Positions 21,750-33,970 of a stretch of 64,000 bases of DNA are shown here, in pieces. The notes beneath the pieces are model-generated. The model did not search any database. It was not told the origin of the DNA and saw only the letters and a program-made list of their open reading frames with translations. The position numbers were made by a program, and so were the translations under genes. This stretch comes from Naegleria gruberi (lineage: Eukaryota), in the NCBI GenBank assembly GCA_000004985.1, contig GG738849.1, one strand, 5' to 3'. Every line of letters starts with the position of its first letter. Positions within the stretch are counted from its first letter, which is position 1.

Positions 21750-23129
21750 TTATTTTCTCTCTAATAGAGATGCAATACTAGGTAGGAAACGAATCGAATT
21801 CTCTCCCTCACTTTCATCCTCCGACAAATGTTGCGCATCGTAACCTCTAGTTCTGAAACTCTTTTCTGTATTGGCCATTATTGAAAACCCTGCCCTCTGC
21901 TCTAAACCAAATGGTTGGTCATTGCCACTATTTGGAAACAGATAACAATTTGAAGAAGGACCACTATTTCCATAATTGAATGGTTGGTGTTTTGATTGGT
22001 TTGGATTCAGGTCGTCATGCATTACACAAATATCGCCAGTCAATGACATGGATGGTAGTGAGTGTTTTGGTGAGGGAAATGATGGTGATTGTGAAACTGT
22101 AGTTGAGGGAGTTTGGATGGATTTTCTATTGTAATGTTGGTGCTCTGAATCTTGGTGTTGACTGGATGGATTGCAACAACAGGACTGCTGTTTGGTTAGA
22201 TTGGTAAGAGATTCTTCATTGATTCGCTCATGATCTCTTTTACCAGTGACTAGATACAGAATTGAGGAGGAAATATCCTCGAAAAAGGAAGAAGATAATC
22301 CACTACTGCAATTGCTTCCATTGTTTAAATGTGGAGAAATTAACGAATCGTGATTATTTTGTGTGTTTGAATCTGTGTTACCCATTGTGGTTATTGAAAG
22401 TAAGAGTGGAATCTGATTGGTTTGATTTCGGTTTGTGAGTTGTTGTGGAATCTTGAACGAATTGGTCGACGAATTGGATAGAACTGGAGAGGAAGTGAAT
22501 GGAGATGGAGTGGACAATGGTTGTTGTTCACTTGTAACCATCATTCGATTAGGATTCATTATTGAATGTTGATTATTTAGAGTTGGAGAATTGCCACTTA
22601 ATGGTAGTTGTTCCCTGTTTTGATTTGAATGAGGAGGTGGTAATGAATCAGTCGAATGCTTTCGTTTCTTCTTCTTACTTTCGAATGAGTTATGAGTCAA
22701 TGGTGAGTGTGAAGAATAATCACTCTGTAAAAGTAAGTTGGAAATATCACACGAGCCATCGAATGGATTTTCTCTCTTCTTATTTGTTTTCTTATTCGAT
22801 TCAAAGACTAAAAGTGAGCAGTGTGGAATTTGTTGTTGCTTGTTTTCCACAACAACCAACTGCTTTTGATTGCAATTAGATCTTGTTTGTTTCTTCTTCA
22901 TGCTGTTATCTGGCATTGGTTTAATTGTATTTCTTTTTTGTTGAAGATTAAAGCAAAGTTGCTTTGAGTGGTACAATTTCAACCAAATAACTTGGCGTAC
23001 ATAACAATTCTGGTGTGCACGATATTGGTTATGTTTCCTTTCAACGATCAATTGGACATTCGTACTGTATGGTTTTATATTACGATACGATAGTTCATTC
23101 ACTTTATGGATTATACACGTATTGTCCAA
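21750..23129 (-). CDS. Asn/Gln/Ser-rich low-complexity nuclear-type protein; function unknown; 5' boundary uncertain.
   Basis: 459-aa ORF with KKKRK-like basic patches and Q/N/S/T homopolymer-rich tracts. Confidence 0.35.
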   Translation of the reverse strand: MDNTCIIHKVNELSYRNIKPYSTNVQLIVERKHNQYRAHQNCYVRQVIWLKLYHSKQLCFNLQQKRNTIKPMPDNSMKKKQTRSNCNQKQLVVVENKQQQIPHCSLLVFESNKKTNKKRENPFDGSCDISNLLLQSDYSSHSPLTHNSFESKKKKRKHSTDSLPPPHSNQNREQLPLSGNSPTLNNQHSIMNPNRMMVTSEQQPLSTPSPFTSSPVLSNSSTNSFKIPQQLTNRNQTNQIPLLLSITTMGNTDSNTQNNHDSLISPHLNNGSNCSSGLSSSFFEDISSSILYLVTGKRDHERINEESLTNLTKQQSCCCNPSSQHQDSEHQHYNRKSIQTPSTTVSQSPSFPSPKHSLPSMSLTGDICVMHDDLNPNQSKHQPFNYGNSGPSSNCYLFPNSGNDQPFGLEQRAGFSIMANTEKSFRTRGYDAQHLSEDESEGENSIRFLPSIASLLERK

Positions 23130-24024
23130 AGTCTATGGCAAGATTGTACGATCGTTATGGCGAAAGGATTTCTTTGCCAAAATGTGTTTGGTTCTTGTTT
23201 TTTGATATTGTGGCTCTTTTAGGGATTGGACACAATAGAAATTATTCATCCAACAATGATCCCTTAGTATTATTGTGAGAGAGGATTCTTTGTCTACTCG
23301 TTTACCATTGCAATTTATGTTATTTTTCCAAAGTGACATTTAAACTATTTCATACTTGTCTGAGGTTAGTACGAAGTATTGCTCTTTGACTATTCAAAAG
23401 ATCACAATTTGGGTAAGCTAACAGATAATGGGTTAAATAGATCATTGTTCACATCTGAAAGGTTGAGTGTTCGACTTGAATCAATCCAGATTTATTTTAA
23501 AGTGTCCAGAAAAGTGTATTACCAAATCAAATTGTATCCACCTCCTCTCTCTCATAGTATCTTCTTATACAATAGTATTAAATCAAAGATGAATTCTCTA
23601 TTGATCGACCGTAGTTGACTACAGTTCTCAATCATTATCGATTGTATAAAAAATTGAGATTGTTGATAAGCCTTCCCGCACAGCAACATCAACAACAACC
23701 CTTCTAAATGTTACCCCATTCATGCAACAACAATGCAGCCTAAGCTGCCCACAAATAATAGATAGAGAACAAAATTGCAATACAGCAAGCATTTGGTCCC
23801 CACCAAGTAAGGTCCAAATATGTTGATAAGGTTGCTGGTTATTTTTTTTTGGAGGTCCTTAATGAGGTAATTTATAGCAAATATTCCTAGTGTGTTTGCC
23901 TCTATATTTATGTATTACTTCCGTTAAAGCAAATGATGCTCTTCTTCTTAATATCAAATCAAACTCTAAATCATCATCATTCGGTAAATAAATTAAAAAT
24001 TGAAAAAGATGATGAATAAAAAAA

Positions 24025-24991
24025 ATGAAAAGAGAAGGAGAAACAGCAATGGCCGATGATGGAGAGTTAGATTATTCTGAACTTGTTGATGAGATTGGAA
24101 TTTCCTCCGATTATGATGAAAATTATAAATCATTGAAGGATTTTTGGGATGTTGCAGAGAAGGATTTTTATCAAAAATCAACAGATTATTGGAAGGAAAA
24201 GGTTACGAATGATATGAATGGAATGTTGGGAGGTTTTACTCATGTTCACGATAGGGATATTAAAGAGAGTTCGCTTTTATTGAGTAAAGTTTTGGAGGAT
24301 GTTACACCAGGTAGAGAAGGAGAAAAGTCTTTCATGTATTGTTTAGAATGCGGAAGGTATGTTTTATTTGTATTTGATTAGAAAAATAATTGTTAATGAT
24401 GATGACGATATTATTATTACTTTGGATGTAACAAAATAATATTGTTAATTAATATTTAATAATGTTAAAATAGTGGAAATGGACGTGTTACTAAAAATTT
24501 ACTGTCTAAACATTTCGATTATATTGATTGTGAGGATGTTAATGAGGAATTTTTGATTAAAGCCAAGGAAGAATGCAACAAGATCAAGGAGACTTATGCT
24601 TGTGCATTGCATGAATTGTCAAGGGTCATTCCAGAAGAATGTAAAGGAAAATATCATGTAGGTTTATTCATTTTGAAAATTTATTGACATTGTACAGTGT
24701 ATTTGGGTTCAATGGTGTGCCTGTTTCTTGACTGATAGAGATTTTGTCAAATTTTTGGAATATTGTTATGAATTACTAGTTGATGGAGGAGTTTTGTGCT
24801 TCAAGGAGAATATTTCAGGAAAGGGTTTTGTTGTTGATTCAGATGATGGCTCAATAACTCGTAGTAATAATCACTATTTGTTTTTATTTTCACAAGTTCA
24901 ATCCAAATTTGAAGTTATTGAAAATACCAAACAGAAAAATTGGGAAAAGGGTTTATTTGCTCTCAGAATGTACTGTTTAAAGAAGAAGTAA
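24025..24991 (+). CDS. NTMT1: Alpha N-terminal protein methyltransferase 1 (NTMT1/METTL11A-like). Exons 24025..24356, 24474..24657 and 24698..24991.
   Basis: ...DGMLGGFTHVHDRDIKESSLLLSKV matches the NTMT1 motif DGMLGGYGHISSIDINSSRKFL. SAM-binding ...YCLECG/SGNGRVTK. ...YHCIWVQW matches DVIWIQW. Donors at AG/gtatgt and CAT/gtaggt, AG acceptors, frame preserved. Confidence 0.75.
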
Positions 24992-24992
24992 A

Positions 24993-26437
24993 CTAAACCA
25001 AATGGACCAATAAAACATCACCATGCTCAAATTGTAATTGAGGTGTTGTGTATGGGTCAATTGGTGTCAATACTCCATTTCTCTTCAACTTGATCTGCGT
25101 TATGGATTTTAACATGTTATTATTCCACAACTTTTTCTCATTGACCATCTTTTCACTCAATTGTTCACACAAGAATGAGAATGTGCAACATTTGTGAATT
25201 GAAAACTTGGAAGTCATGAGTGAATTTTCATAATGTGAATAATCTGCCACTGTTAAAATCTTCGTCTCATCAAAGAAAATGACAAACATGGCAGCTTGAG
25301 CAGTTCCATTTGGTGAAAATTGAGGAGTCACTACTGGATATTGTTGATGTGAATTGGATGATGGTAAGGAGAAGAGTTGAGAAAGGAATGGAGCTGAGGA
25401 TGGAGACGTGTTATAGAATTGAGCAGCAGCTGCACTTGTTGATAAATTGGATGTCATGATATTTGGAGTTGTGGTGTTATTATTACTAGTAATATTACTA
25501 GTAATATTGGAATTGGAATTATTGGATTGATCTAGAATACAAAATGGCTGAACCATTTCATTGTTACTATTCGAAGCAGATGCTAACTGTACATTTGGAA
25601 TGCCCATCAATGGATGGTGATCTTGTTGTTGATTGTGTCCATTACTGGTTGTGGCTTTCATTCTCTTCATGGCCAATTCATTAATATCCAAAGAATTTAA
25701 CATTTTGGTGGTTGTGTCTTGTCCTAAAACCATATCCACAAATGATTTGGAAGGAGAGGATGCTGTAGAACTCACTGTTGCTGTATTTAAATTATTCGTA
25801 TTGTTATTATTAAATTGATTGTAAAGTATCATGTTGGAATATTGAGGAGTTGAAGAATTGTGGATATTATTATTATTTGGAATGGTATTGGCCATTTCAT
25901 TCAGTAATGATTGAAGAGAGTAAGCAGTTGTTGGTTGGTGTGGAATTTGTGGAAGAAGGGTTTCGACTTGATTATTCGATTTCACATAATTATTATCCGT
26001 GGGAATGCTTTCCAATAAATTCAAGAATTCATCATCTTGATTTGAAAGTGCATTCCAGGGAGTCAACAAATCATTTTGTGAATTCTGTAATTGATCAACT
26101 GGATTATTTTGGTCAACTGTGGTAGTTGTGTTTGTGGTCGTCACCAACGAAGTCAATGAACGTTTTCTCTTCTTTGATGATGAAACCTCTTGATCAGAAG
26201 AGGAACAGTTAGATGATCTTTTCAGAGAATTATTAGATGAAGTTTCCTCTTCATCAATTCGAAGGGTTTCGTCCTCCTCTTTCGAAGAAGATGCAGATGA
26301 TGAAGAAGCAAGGGATAATTTCCTTGAATTTCGTTTTCTCTTTGGTTTTACCTCTGAATTTTCCGTTTGATTATTTTCATTATCACCACCACATCCATTT
26401 GAATGGTGACTATTACCATTTTGATTCTTATTAAATC
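24993..26437 (-). CDS. Asn/Thr/Gln/Ser-rich low-complexity protein with a conserved-looking C-terminal domain. The ORF continues upstream of the track start to an acceptor near 26437. Possible further 5' exons at 26823..26888 and about 27016..27120 (Cys-rich).
   Basis: In-frame extension ...SNGCGGDNENNQTENSEVKPKRKRNS...SSSKKRKRSLTSLVTTTNTT... precedes the track Met. Candidate upstream exons end in gtaagt donors and encode CVCCKRYNLHY and GVCCNSCYNKQ motifs, but no start codon was found. Confidence 0.4.
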
Positions 26438-26902
26438 GATACTATATATACATGTGTTGGTAGATGATAATGATTATCCAAGTAGTGGCCACCACATACA
26501 CATCATGGTAATCAACATGTGTGTTGTTGATGATAAAGACATTGAGGGTTCAACACAGCATGTTGTGTGTCGAAACGCAAATGCAGCATGGAAGATAGCA
26601 CACATTGTAGGCCATGATTGAGAATGATTTTTCGCGCGCAAATGGAAAGAAGGACAATTTACAATTCCGAATCCAATATTGTTATTAATGGTAATGAGGC
26701 AATCGTTCAGCACACACATTCACAATATAACAACAACAGCAGCAGGAGGCAAAATGTTGTTGATGATAATGTTTCATCAATATATTCATTAAAATCTATC
26801 GAGAGAGAATATTCTTACTTACCTGCTTGTTATAACAAGAGTTGCAACAGACGCCAATTGGCACCTCAAAGTTGAAGGCTGCTACATACTGCATTCATAC
26901 AC

Positions 26903-26950
26903 ATGTGATGATGATGATGATGAATATTAATGATGAAGATGATGATGAAG
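26903..26950. repeat. Simple-sequence (GAT/GAA)n tract.
   Basis: gatgatgatgatgatgaatattaatgatgaagatgatgatgaagaagat, read directly from the sequence. Confidence 0.7.
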
Positions 26951-29224
26951 AAGATTGTGTGAAAATGGAAAGAAGAAGGGTTTAGGATAATTCAAAGGTA
27001 GGTGAAAATACTTACAGCATCTCTGTTGCTTGCATTGATATTATACTTTTTAGAGTAGTGGAGGTTGTATCGCTTACAACATACACAAAGATTGCTTCCA
27101 TCCTCGTTGGGAATATTCTTGTGTTTGGTCTTGTCGCCAATGATTGCCATAGAGTCCATTAGTTTGTTTAGAATAAAGTTATTCTATGTTGAAGAGAGAG
27201 GGTTGGTGGTAGATGAACAAAGATTAATTGTGTGTCTTTGTGTAAAGTTGTTGTATATTGATCTGGAATGATCGCAAAGAGTAACGACTTGGTTGACCAG
27301 CAACAAATTAGACGAAATGCTGGTTGTGTCAATAAATATTTGCGTGATGCAAAGATTCTCGGTAGAAGTAGGTTAAATAGAATTTGATTGGTTTTTTTTT
27401 GAGCAAATTGTTTCGAATAGTTTGGGGAAATAAACCTGTTGCGAAACACAAAATTGGTATTTGGCACTAGTGGAGCGAGGAGTGTGGTTTTGGTTGGGTA
27501 TAACCTTTCTTACAAACCAAACACTTATTCTTTTTTTTTGATGTTGGCTTGGAAGAAATCAGACGAAAGCCTTGTGAAATATGTTTCGAATAGAGGGATG
27601 CATAGACTCCTTGTGTGGCCTTTCAAAAATTCCCATTCAGGTATGTCAATACTTTTGGAAGATAGCAGAAGAAGTCACCACCATGAATGGTGAACAATAC
27701 ACAAACTAAATTTTGCACAACAATTATTCGAAACAAGCAAAGAAACATAACCTTGTGATTTCTACCACACCTTCCAGCCAACATTAACTGTGCGTGGTGA
27801 AAAGATTTCTTCATCTTCTACCTCCACTTTTAGAATCCAGCCCTCCGACTATTGACATAAATTTTTATCGGAAAACCCACCGATTGTTTTTGGGAATGAT
27901 TTTTCAGGGGATTTTCAAATGATTCCGAAAACAGGTTTTTTGTTTGAGTTGAACAAAGTTTTCTTCAGCAGCAGAATTTGAGTTTACAAATGAATATGAG
28001 ATATGGAATTTTGCAATTTTACAAGTTTATGAGGTGTAGTATGGATGGTGGAAAGTGTGTTGTGAAAATTGCTGTATTTACAGTTGTAAATGGGTAGAGT
28101 TTCGAATTGAAAATTGGTTTCGTTTTGGTGTTTGTAATAATGGGTCTTTCTGTGAGGAGTTGCAACAGGAGAATAGAATTATGCGGTGCCAATCACGATT
28201 TGTCTCTCGATTATTTAGAATGTAGTTGCAATTCATTCACAGTTTCGAATTGAAAGCATGCAACAGATAACACAATTTGTAGACAATACCATTTAAGAAA
28301 CAAATGATTATTCCTCTTGAAACCTTCTCTGAAATTTTCAACTAACGCGTAAAAACATTTCCCCAAAGTTTGTGAACGTCATATGCCAAGGTCACATCAC
28401 AATTTTCCTTCACTACCATTTTGGTATTTTTGCAACTATCAATTTTCTTTGGATGATCGAATCCCTGCCATACACAGCAAATTGGAGAAAATTCATTTTC
28501 GCTGGAATAACTTGTGCAAATTTAGTATCAGATAGAGTTAGTTAACCTTGAGTCAATTAGGGCACTTTCTAATAAAATTAGAGGAAACCTATATTATAGT
28601 AGATGAGGAGAATAAAACATTTACTTTTGGGTGAATTGATATTAAAAACTATCAACTGGCTTGTTAAGGGGTTTATCCACTACTCATCACTCGAGAGAGA
28701 TTTTGAATTTAGTGTACACGAACCATATGTTTGTTATGAACAAGGAAATGATTTTCATTTATCACAGCACTGTAGTTTTACTGTAGTGGAGAGAGTTGTT
28801 GGGTGAGGTTGGTATTAGAGTTGTTGGGTTTTTGGTTGATAGGATTGGTTGACCAATCTGTATTGTGTTGGAAATTGTGAAAAAAAATGATGAGAATGAA
28901 GGGGAAGAAATGAATCGAGTTTGAAGAAGGACATGTTGGCTTGCTAATCGGAAGAGTTTAGGTAAGATGTCTTGATGAGAATTTATTAGAAAGTTCAACC
29001 TAATGATGATTACCATTTTTATTGGATATTTCCATCATTAATTTTCATAATGAAAATTTAAATGATTCGATCATCGGATTTTGGAACATGTACTCGGTTC
29101 TTGTGTATTAAAAAGTACAGCTCAAATATTTCTCATAGCTCTAGATTCGTATTGAATTTTTGAATCTCACAAATATGAGGAAGGACAATTATTCGAAAGA
29201 AAACTATTCAGAAATAAGAAACTT

Positions 29225-30552
29225 TCAAACTTGTTGCTCATCTTCCACAACAATTTCAACACATGTGTATGATTCATCCACATTTGACTTATCCTTCGCC
29301 TTGAAATCTCTCATTTCTGAAATCATTTCATTAATGGATCGATTGACTGGAGCTCCAGTTTCTAATTCTTGACTTATTGGACCACTTTCGACACTAACAG
29401 CAGCTCTTGGAGATTCCTTTTTCTGAGACGAAACACTCATCCTTCTAAACATAGTTTGAACTTGATAAAGTGGCGAATAAATTGCTAATAGAAAGCAAAC
29501 TAAACAAACATATCCAATATTATAAAACCCATGAAAAATCACCGTGCAGTAGGGCCACAACAATGAAAATGGAATGAACACAAACCCACAAAACTGAATA
29601 ATCATTGAAATTGTAATTCCATATTGTAAAAGAGTTGCATTTCGAAGTGCCTTCTTTTTCATTTGTAAACTCGATTCCAAACTCTTATCAGTTGCATTCT
29701 GATTGTTGAGAGTTTTTCTGAGGGAGTCTACTCGATCTCTGGCGATTTTGAGATTTTTCCTTAATAATCGTCCGGAATAGTTTAGGATAATGGAAAAGAT
29801 GGTTATGGAAATGAGGAAAAGGAGTGAGGCGAAGACCATGAGGCCTATTAAGAGATTGGATAGAAGGGATTCGTCCACTAGTTTGAAAGCTGAGGCGAAA
29901 CCGAATAAGAGACATAAACTAGCTGAAAGAAATACAAAGAGGGAAATGGCTATAAGAAATATAATGACCGTGATTCTAATTCTTTTGAAAGTCTTTTTTG
30001 TAACATTTCCTGTTGATTCGGAAGTTTTAAAACTGTTTCGAATAAATTGTTTATTGTAAAATTACAATTCATTGACTGAAAAACTTACAAAACCATTGAA
30101 ATATGCGCCATTATCAGAATAGACAGTAAAACTCCCAAATTATTACAAACTCTACCAATTCCCTTCATTATCGAAGAAGAAACCAACACGGCATTCGAAT
30201 CACTTATCAAATACAATAATTCATTTGCCTCCCTCACCCACATGTTCAAATTTACAATCGCCAATAAGACAATCAATAATCCGAATAGTATATGTTGATT
30301 CCTCGCCAAATATTTATATTGAATTGCATAATTTATCACAACAATTAAGAAGAGGAAAGCAAACACCAATACGAACGGTGCACTCATTCCGAGGGTGATT
30401 TGTCTGAAGAGTGAGAATTGTCCAATATTACTAGCAGCACCTGCTGATGAAGTTACATTACTGTTGGTTGTGTTGCTAAGTAAAGATGTCGTTATGTGTT
30501 GCAGGAGAAGCAAGTTTCGCGTTGTTGATAAGAGATGAAGTTGTTGTTCCAT
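29225..30552 (-). CDS. Seven-transmembrane (GPCR-like topology) membrane protein. Exons 30089..30552 and 29225..30032, with a 56-nt intron at 30033..30088.
   Basis: The two track ORFs (29225..29878 and 30085..30810) join through a gtaagt...aacag intron in phase 2 to give one protein of about 420 aa with seven hydrophobic helices and a cytoplasmic C-tail. Start taken as MEQQLHLL (ATG 30552). The 5' part of the 30085..30810 track ORF is an artefact that overlaps the tRNA. Confidence 0.55.
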
Positions 30553-30715
30553 TGTTTTACAGATAAAAGCGAAATGAGTTATCTCAACCAAAAAGCAGAA
30601 CTTTCTATCATGGGTGAGTTTCATATGAATGTTGTTAGCATCGTATCTCTCCCGAAATGATATTATACGAATGAGTAGAATGGGTGGCAAGATTTCGAAT
30701 CTGTGGCTTAACAGC

Positions 30716-30723
30716 CAAAAGAT
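30716..30723 (-). terminator. Pol III terminator T-run immediately 3' of tRNA-Thr.
   Basis: Minus-strand ATCTTTTGG directly after the tRNA 3' end. Confidence 0.55.
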
Positions 30724-30797
30724 TGCCTCCCTTGGGAATCGAACCCAAGACCTCTGTCTTACTAGGACAGCGCTACTGCCAACTGAGCTAGGAAGGC
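30724..30797 (-). tRNA. tRNA-Thr, anticodon AGT (AGU); no encoded CCA.
   Basis: Minus-strand GCCTTCCTAGCTCAGTTGGCAGTAGCGCTGTCCTAGTAAGACAGAGGTCTTGGGTTCGATTCCCAAGGGAGGCA. 7-bp acceptor stem, anticodon stem CTGTC/GACAG with loop CTAGTAA, T-arm GGTTCGATTCC, and A/B box-like elements. Confidence 0.85.
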
Positions 30798-30890
30798 TTA
30801 CGGTAAGCATATAAAACGCCTTAATATCAATCTAATAAGAGCTATTGTTCTAATAATAGTCTGTGGTTTACAGATAACACAAAAGAAAAA

Positions 30891-31919
30891 ATGTCTTCAT
30901 TTGTTCCATCAACCAAGTTGGCAAGAGAAAGAGCTTTGGATAAATCAACATTGCCTCCGAAGAAAATTAAGATTTATTATGATGAGGATGCATTCGTTCC
31001 ATTAGGAAAACAAAAGAAAGGATCATGGTTAGTTGAACATAAGGAAGTCGGGCAAACCTTTCCATCCTATGAAAGAGGTTCATTCAATAGGATCAAGTAG
31101 GTAGAATATTGATAATCTCAATTTATTAACTTTAATCTATTTTGAATCAATTATTATGAAATATTTCTATTGATTCATTTAAATCATTTAATTTCAATAT
31201 TCAATTATTCCTGCAGAGGATCAAAACAAAATGTAATTTATATTTGCTGTTTGGAGGAATTTCCAGAAGATCAACCTACCAGATATCCATCCATGACCAT
31301 TCTAGTTGAATTTCTTAAGAAATTCTATTGGGGAGTTGAAGTTAAGCTATTCAAAGATCCAACAGGTTACAAAACATTTCCAACCCGACTTAATGACGGA
31401 GTTGAACAATACAAAGCCCCTGACATTCTCAAATATCTCAAAAAGGTCATTCCCAAGGATGCTTACTGTATCATTGCAGTAACAATGGTAGATCTGTATC
31501 CAAGGGATGAGTGGAATTTTGTCTTTGGTTTTGCCTCTTTAGAGGAGAGAGTAGGAGTTTTTTCATTTGCAAGATATCATCCGGATTTCTATGGTGAGGA
31601 CCATTCACAATCTCCCTCAGACATTGAGAGAAATATATTGAGGAGGAGTTGCAAAGTGGCTTCTCATGAGATTGGACACATGTTTGGCTTTAAGCACTGC
31701 ATCTATTACAAGTGCGCAATGAATGGCTCAAATCACATGGAAGAGAGTGATGAACGTCCATTAGAGTTGTGTCCAGTAGAATTGAGGAAATTGCAACACT
31801 GTATTGGTTTTGATGAGAAGGAAAGATATCAGCAATTGTTAACTTTCTTCAAAAACCATCCTCAAATGTTCTCTTCAGAAATTCAATGGTTCACGGAGCG
31901 ATTGGAGTACATTAACTAA
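30891..31919 (+). CDS. AMZ: Archaemetzincin (zinc metallopeptidase, AMZ family). Exons 30891..31096 and 31217..31919.
   Basis: HEIGHMFGFKHC ...C...C motif (HEXXHXXGX3C plus CxxC-like Cys residues: CIYYKCAMNGSNHMEESDERPLELCPVELRKL). Donor gtaggt, acceptor ctgcag, frame preserved. Confidence 0.75.
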
Positions 31920-32058
31920 CCATTTTGAAACCTTACAAGCACTCCTATTTTATTTTGAATAGGAGTTCAAATTCCGTTAACGGAGTAAAAAAAAAGTCCA
32001 GTTCCCTTTAAATAACCCAATCACCAATTTTCACAAACACATCAAATACACAAAAAAA

Positions 32059-33841
32059 ATGGTCAAATCCCTTCTGATAGCACTCACACTCTGTGTTATC
32101 TTCTCCCTTGCCAATGCACAACTTTCCGAAAAGTTGTTAAATTCCCAATACGTCCAATTACATAGTGCTCCTCTTGTTCCTCAAGGATGGACTCGTTTCT
32201 TTGACCATGCCAACATTTCTCCAAACATCGTTGGTGAAGTTTTGAATAATCAACGTACCAAGATTACCTTTGCTTTGCATTCCCAAAATCTCGAAGTTTT
32301 GAACTCTAAATTTGAAGCCATCACTGATCCAGAATCACCACTGTTCAGAAAGTACATGACAATGGATGAAGTTGCCAAATTGACCTCTCCTCACTCCTCC
32401 CACAAGTCCATGGTTATGGAATATATTAAATCCATTCCAGAAGCCAAGATTGTCCAAGTTTCTGCTCATGAAAACTTTGTTACTGTCGATATGCCATTAA
32501 AGTCCATCGATCGTTACTTTAAAACTAAGATGACTCCATTCATTCATAAGGAATCTGGTAAGATTATCTATCGTTCTGAACAAGGTTTCGCTCTCCCACA
32601 ACCATTGTCCTATGCTGTCAAGACTTTGATTGGTGTTCACAATTTCCCAGTTTTCCAACATAAGGCCAAGCAAACTCGTGTCATGGCCAGTGATTCCCTC
32701 ACTACTCCACAAGAACTCTGGAGAAGATATAACATTTCTCTTCCAACAAGCACTTCACCAAAGAGCTCACAAGCTGTTGGTTCATTCTTAGGTCAATATG
32801 TTTCAGTTGAAGATTTGCTCCAATTCCAACAAACTTACAATTTGCCAATTACCAAGCCAACCATTATTGGTCCAAATGTTGATTCTGAACCAGGTGTTGA
32901 AGCTGCTCTCGATATTCAATATATTATCTCAACTGGTTATTTGATTAATACCACAATTAACTCCACTCCAAAGAAGTACGATGATGAAGATCCATTCATG
33001 TATTGGGCCATTGCTCAACAAAAGATGGGTGACAAGAGTGCTTGGGTTCATAGTATTTCATATGGAGGTGTTGAAAAGTACATGCCAAAGGATTACTTGA
33101 CTAGTCTCGATTTGGAATTCCAAAAGTTGACCATTACTGGTAGATCAATTTTGATTGCTTCTGGTGACAATGGTGCTCGTTGTTCTGATTCTGGTGATTC
33201 TTTCGAACCAGAATGGCCAACTTCCTCTCCATTTATTACTTCAGTTGGTGCTACTCGCCCAGATTCCAGATATGTTGAAAGATCTGTCAGTTGGGGTGGT
33301 GGTGGTTTCTCTGCATTGTAAGTTTTTCAAAGTACTAATTTGTTGAATCTAATAATTTTAGCTATCCACGTCCAAAGTATCAAGCTGATGCTGTCACTGC
33401 TTATTTGTCTCAAAATGCTGTTCCACCAACCACTTATTTCAATGTTAATGGTAGAATGTACCCAGATATTGCTGCTCTCGGTGTTGAGTATGTATTTCTA
33501 TAATTTTTGAAATTTTAACACTTTATAGTTATCAAGTTGTTGTCAATGGACAAATCCAATCTGTTGCTGGAACTTCTGCTTCCACTCCTGCAGTTGCTGG
33601 TATTATCTCCTTATTGAATGATTTGAGATTCAAGGCTGGTAAGGGTCCTTTGGGTTTCTTGAATCCATGGTTGTACAAGGTTGTTTTGAATACTAAGGGT
33701 GCTACTTTCGATATTGTTCAAGGTAACAATGCTGTTTCTCCTTGCCCTGGTTTCCCAGCAACACAAGGTGCCGATGCCATCTCTGGTGTTGGTGTTCCAA
33801 ACTTTGCTGTTTTGGCTAAACTTGCTGTCCAAAGTGCTTAA
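32059..33841 (+). CDS. TPP1: Sedolisin / tripeptidyl-peptidase I-like serine protease (S53) with signal peptide and pro-kumamolisin activation domain. Exons 32059..33317, 33362..33487 and 33529..33841.
   Basis: Signal peptide MVKSLLIALTLCVIFSLANA, a pro-domain, catalytic region with SGDNGA and the Ser motif GTSASTPAVAG. Two short gtaagt/gtatgt introns keep the frame. Confidence 0.8.
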
Positions 33842-33970
33842 ATAAAAAAAGATTTTATATTAGAAATAGTATTCATTATTTCTAATGAATTGATTCATCA
33901 TTTGATTTATGTGTTTATTATTCAATATTTGGAAAAGTATTAAGGATGTATTTGAAACAAAATTTTTATA

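Noticed and set aside
26474-26719. Minus-strand 81-codon Cys/His-rich ORF inside the putative large intron of the low-complexity gene.
   Set aside because: No acceptor keeps it in frame with the flanking exons, and there is no start context. It may be coincidental, or part of an unresolved gene model, and is left unannotated.
27168-27467. Minus-strand 99-codon ORF and the MDSMAIIGDKTKH... ATG at 27159 as the start of the Cys-rich gene.
   Set aside because: Re-reading the sequence shows the ATG frame hits a stop after 28 codons. The Cys-rich exon is in another frame without a start, so the 5' end remains unresolved.
30553-30810. 5' part of the track ORF 30085..30810 (MLTVSLPSSVGSSAVLVRQRSWVRFPREAIFW...) read as protein.
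   Set aside because: This stretch is the reverse-strand reading of the tRNA-Thr gene and its flanks. The real CDS starts at 30552 at the earliest.
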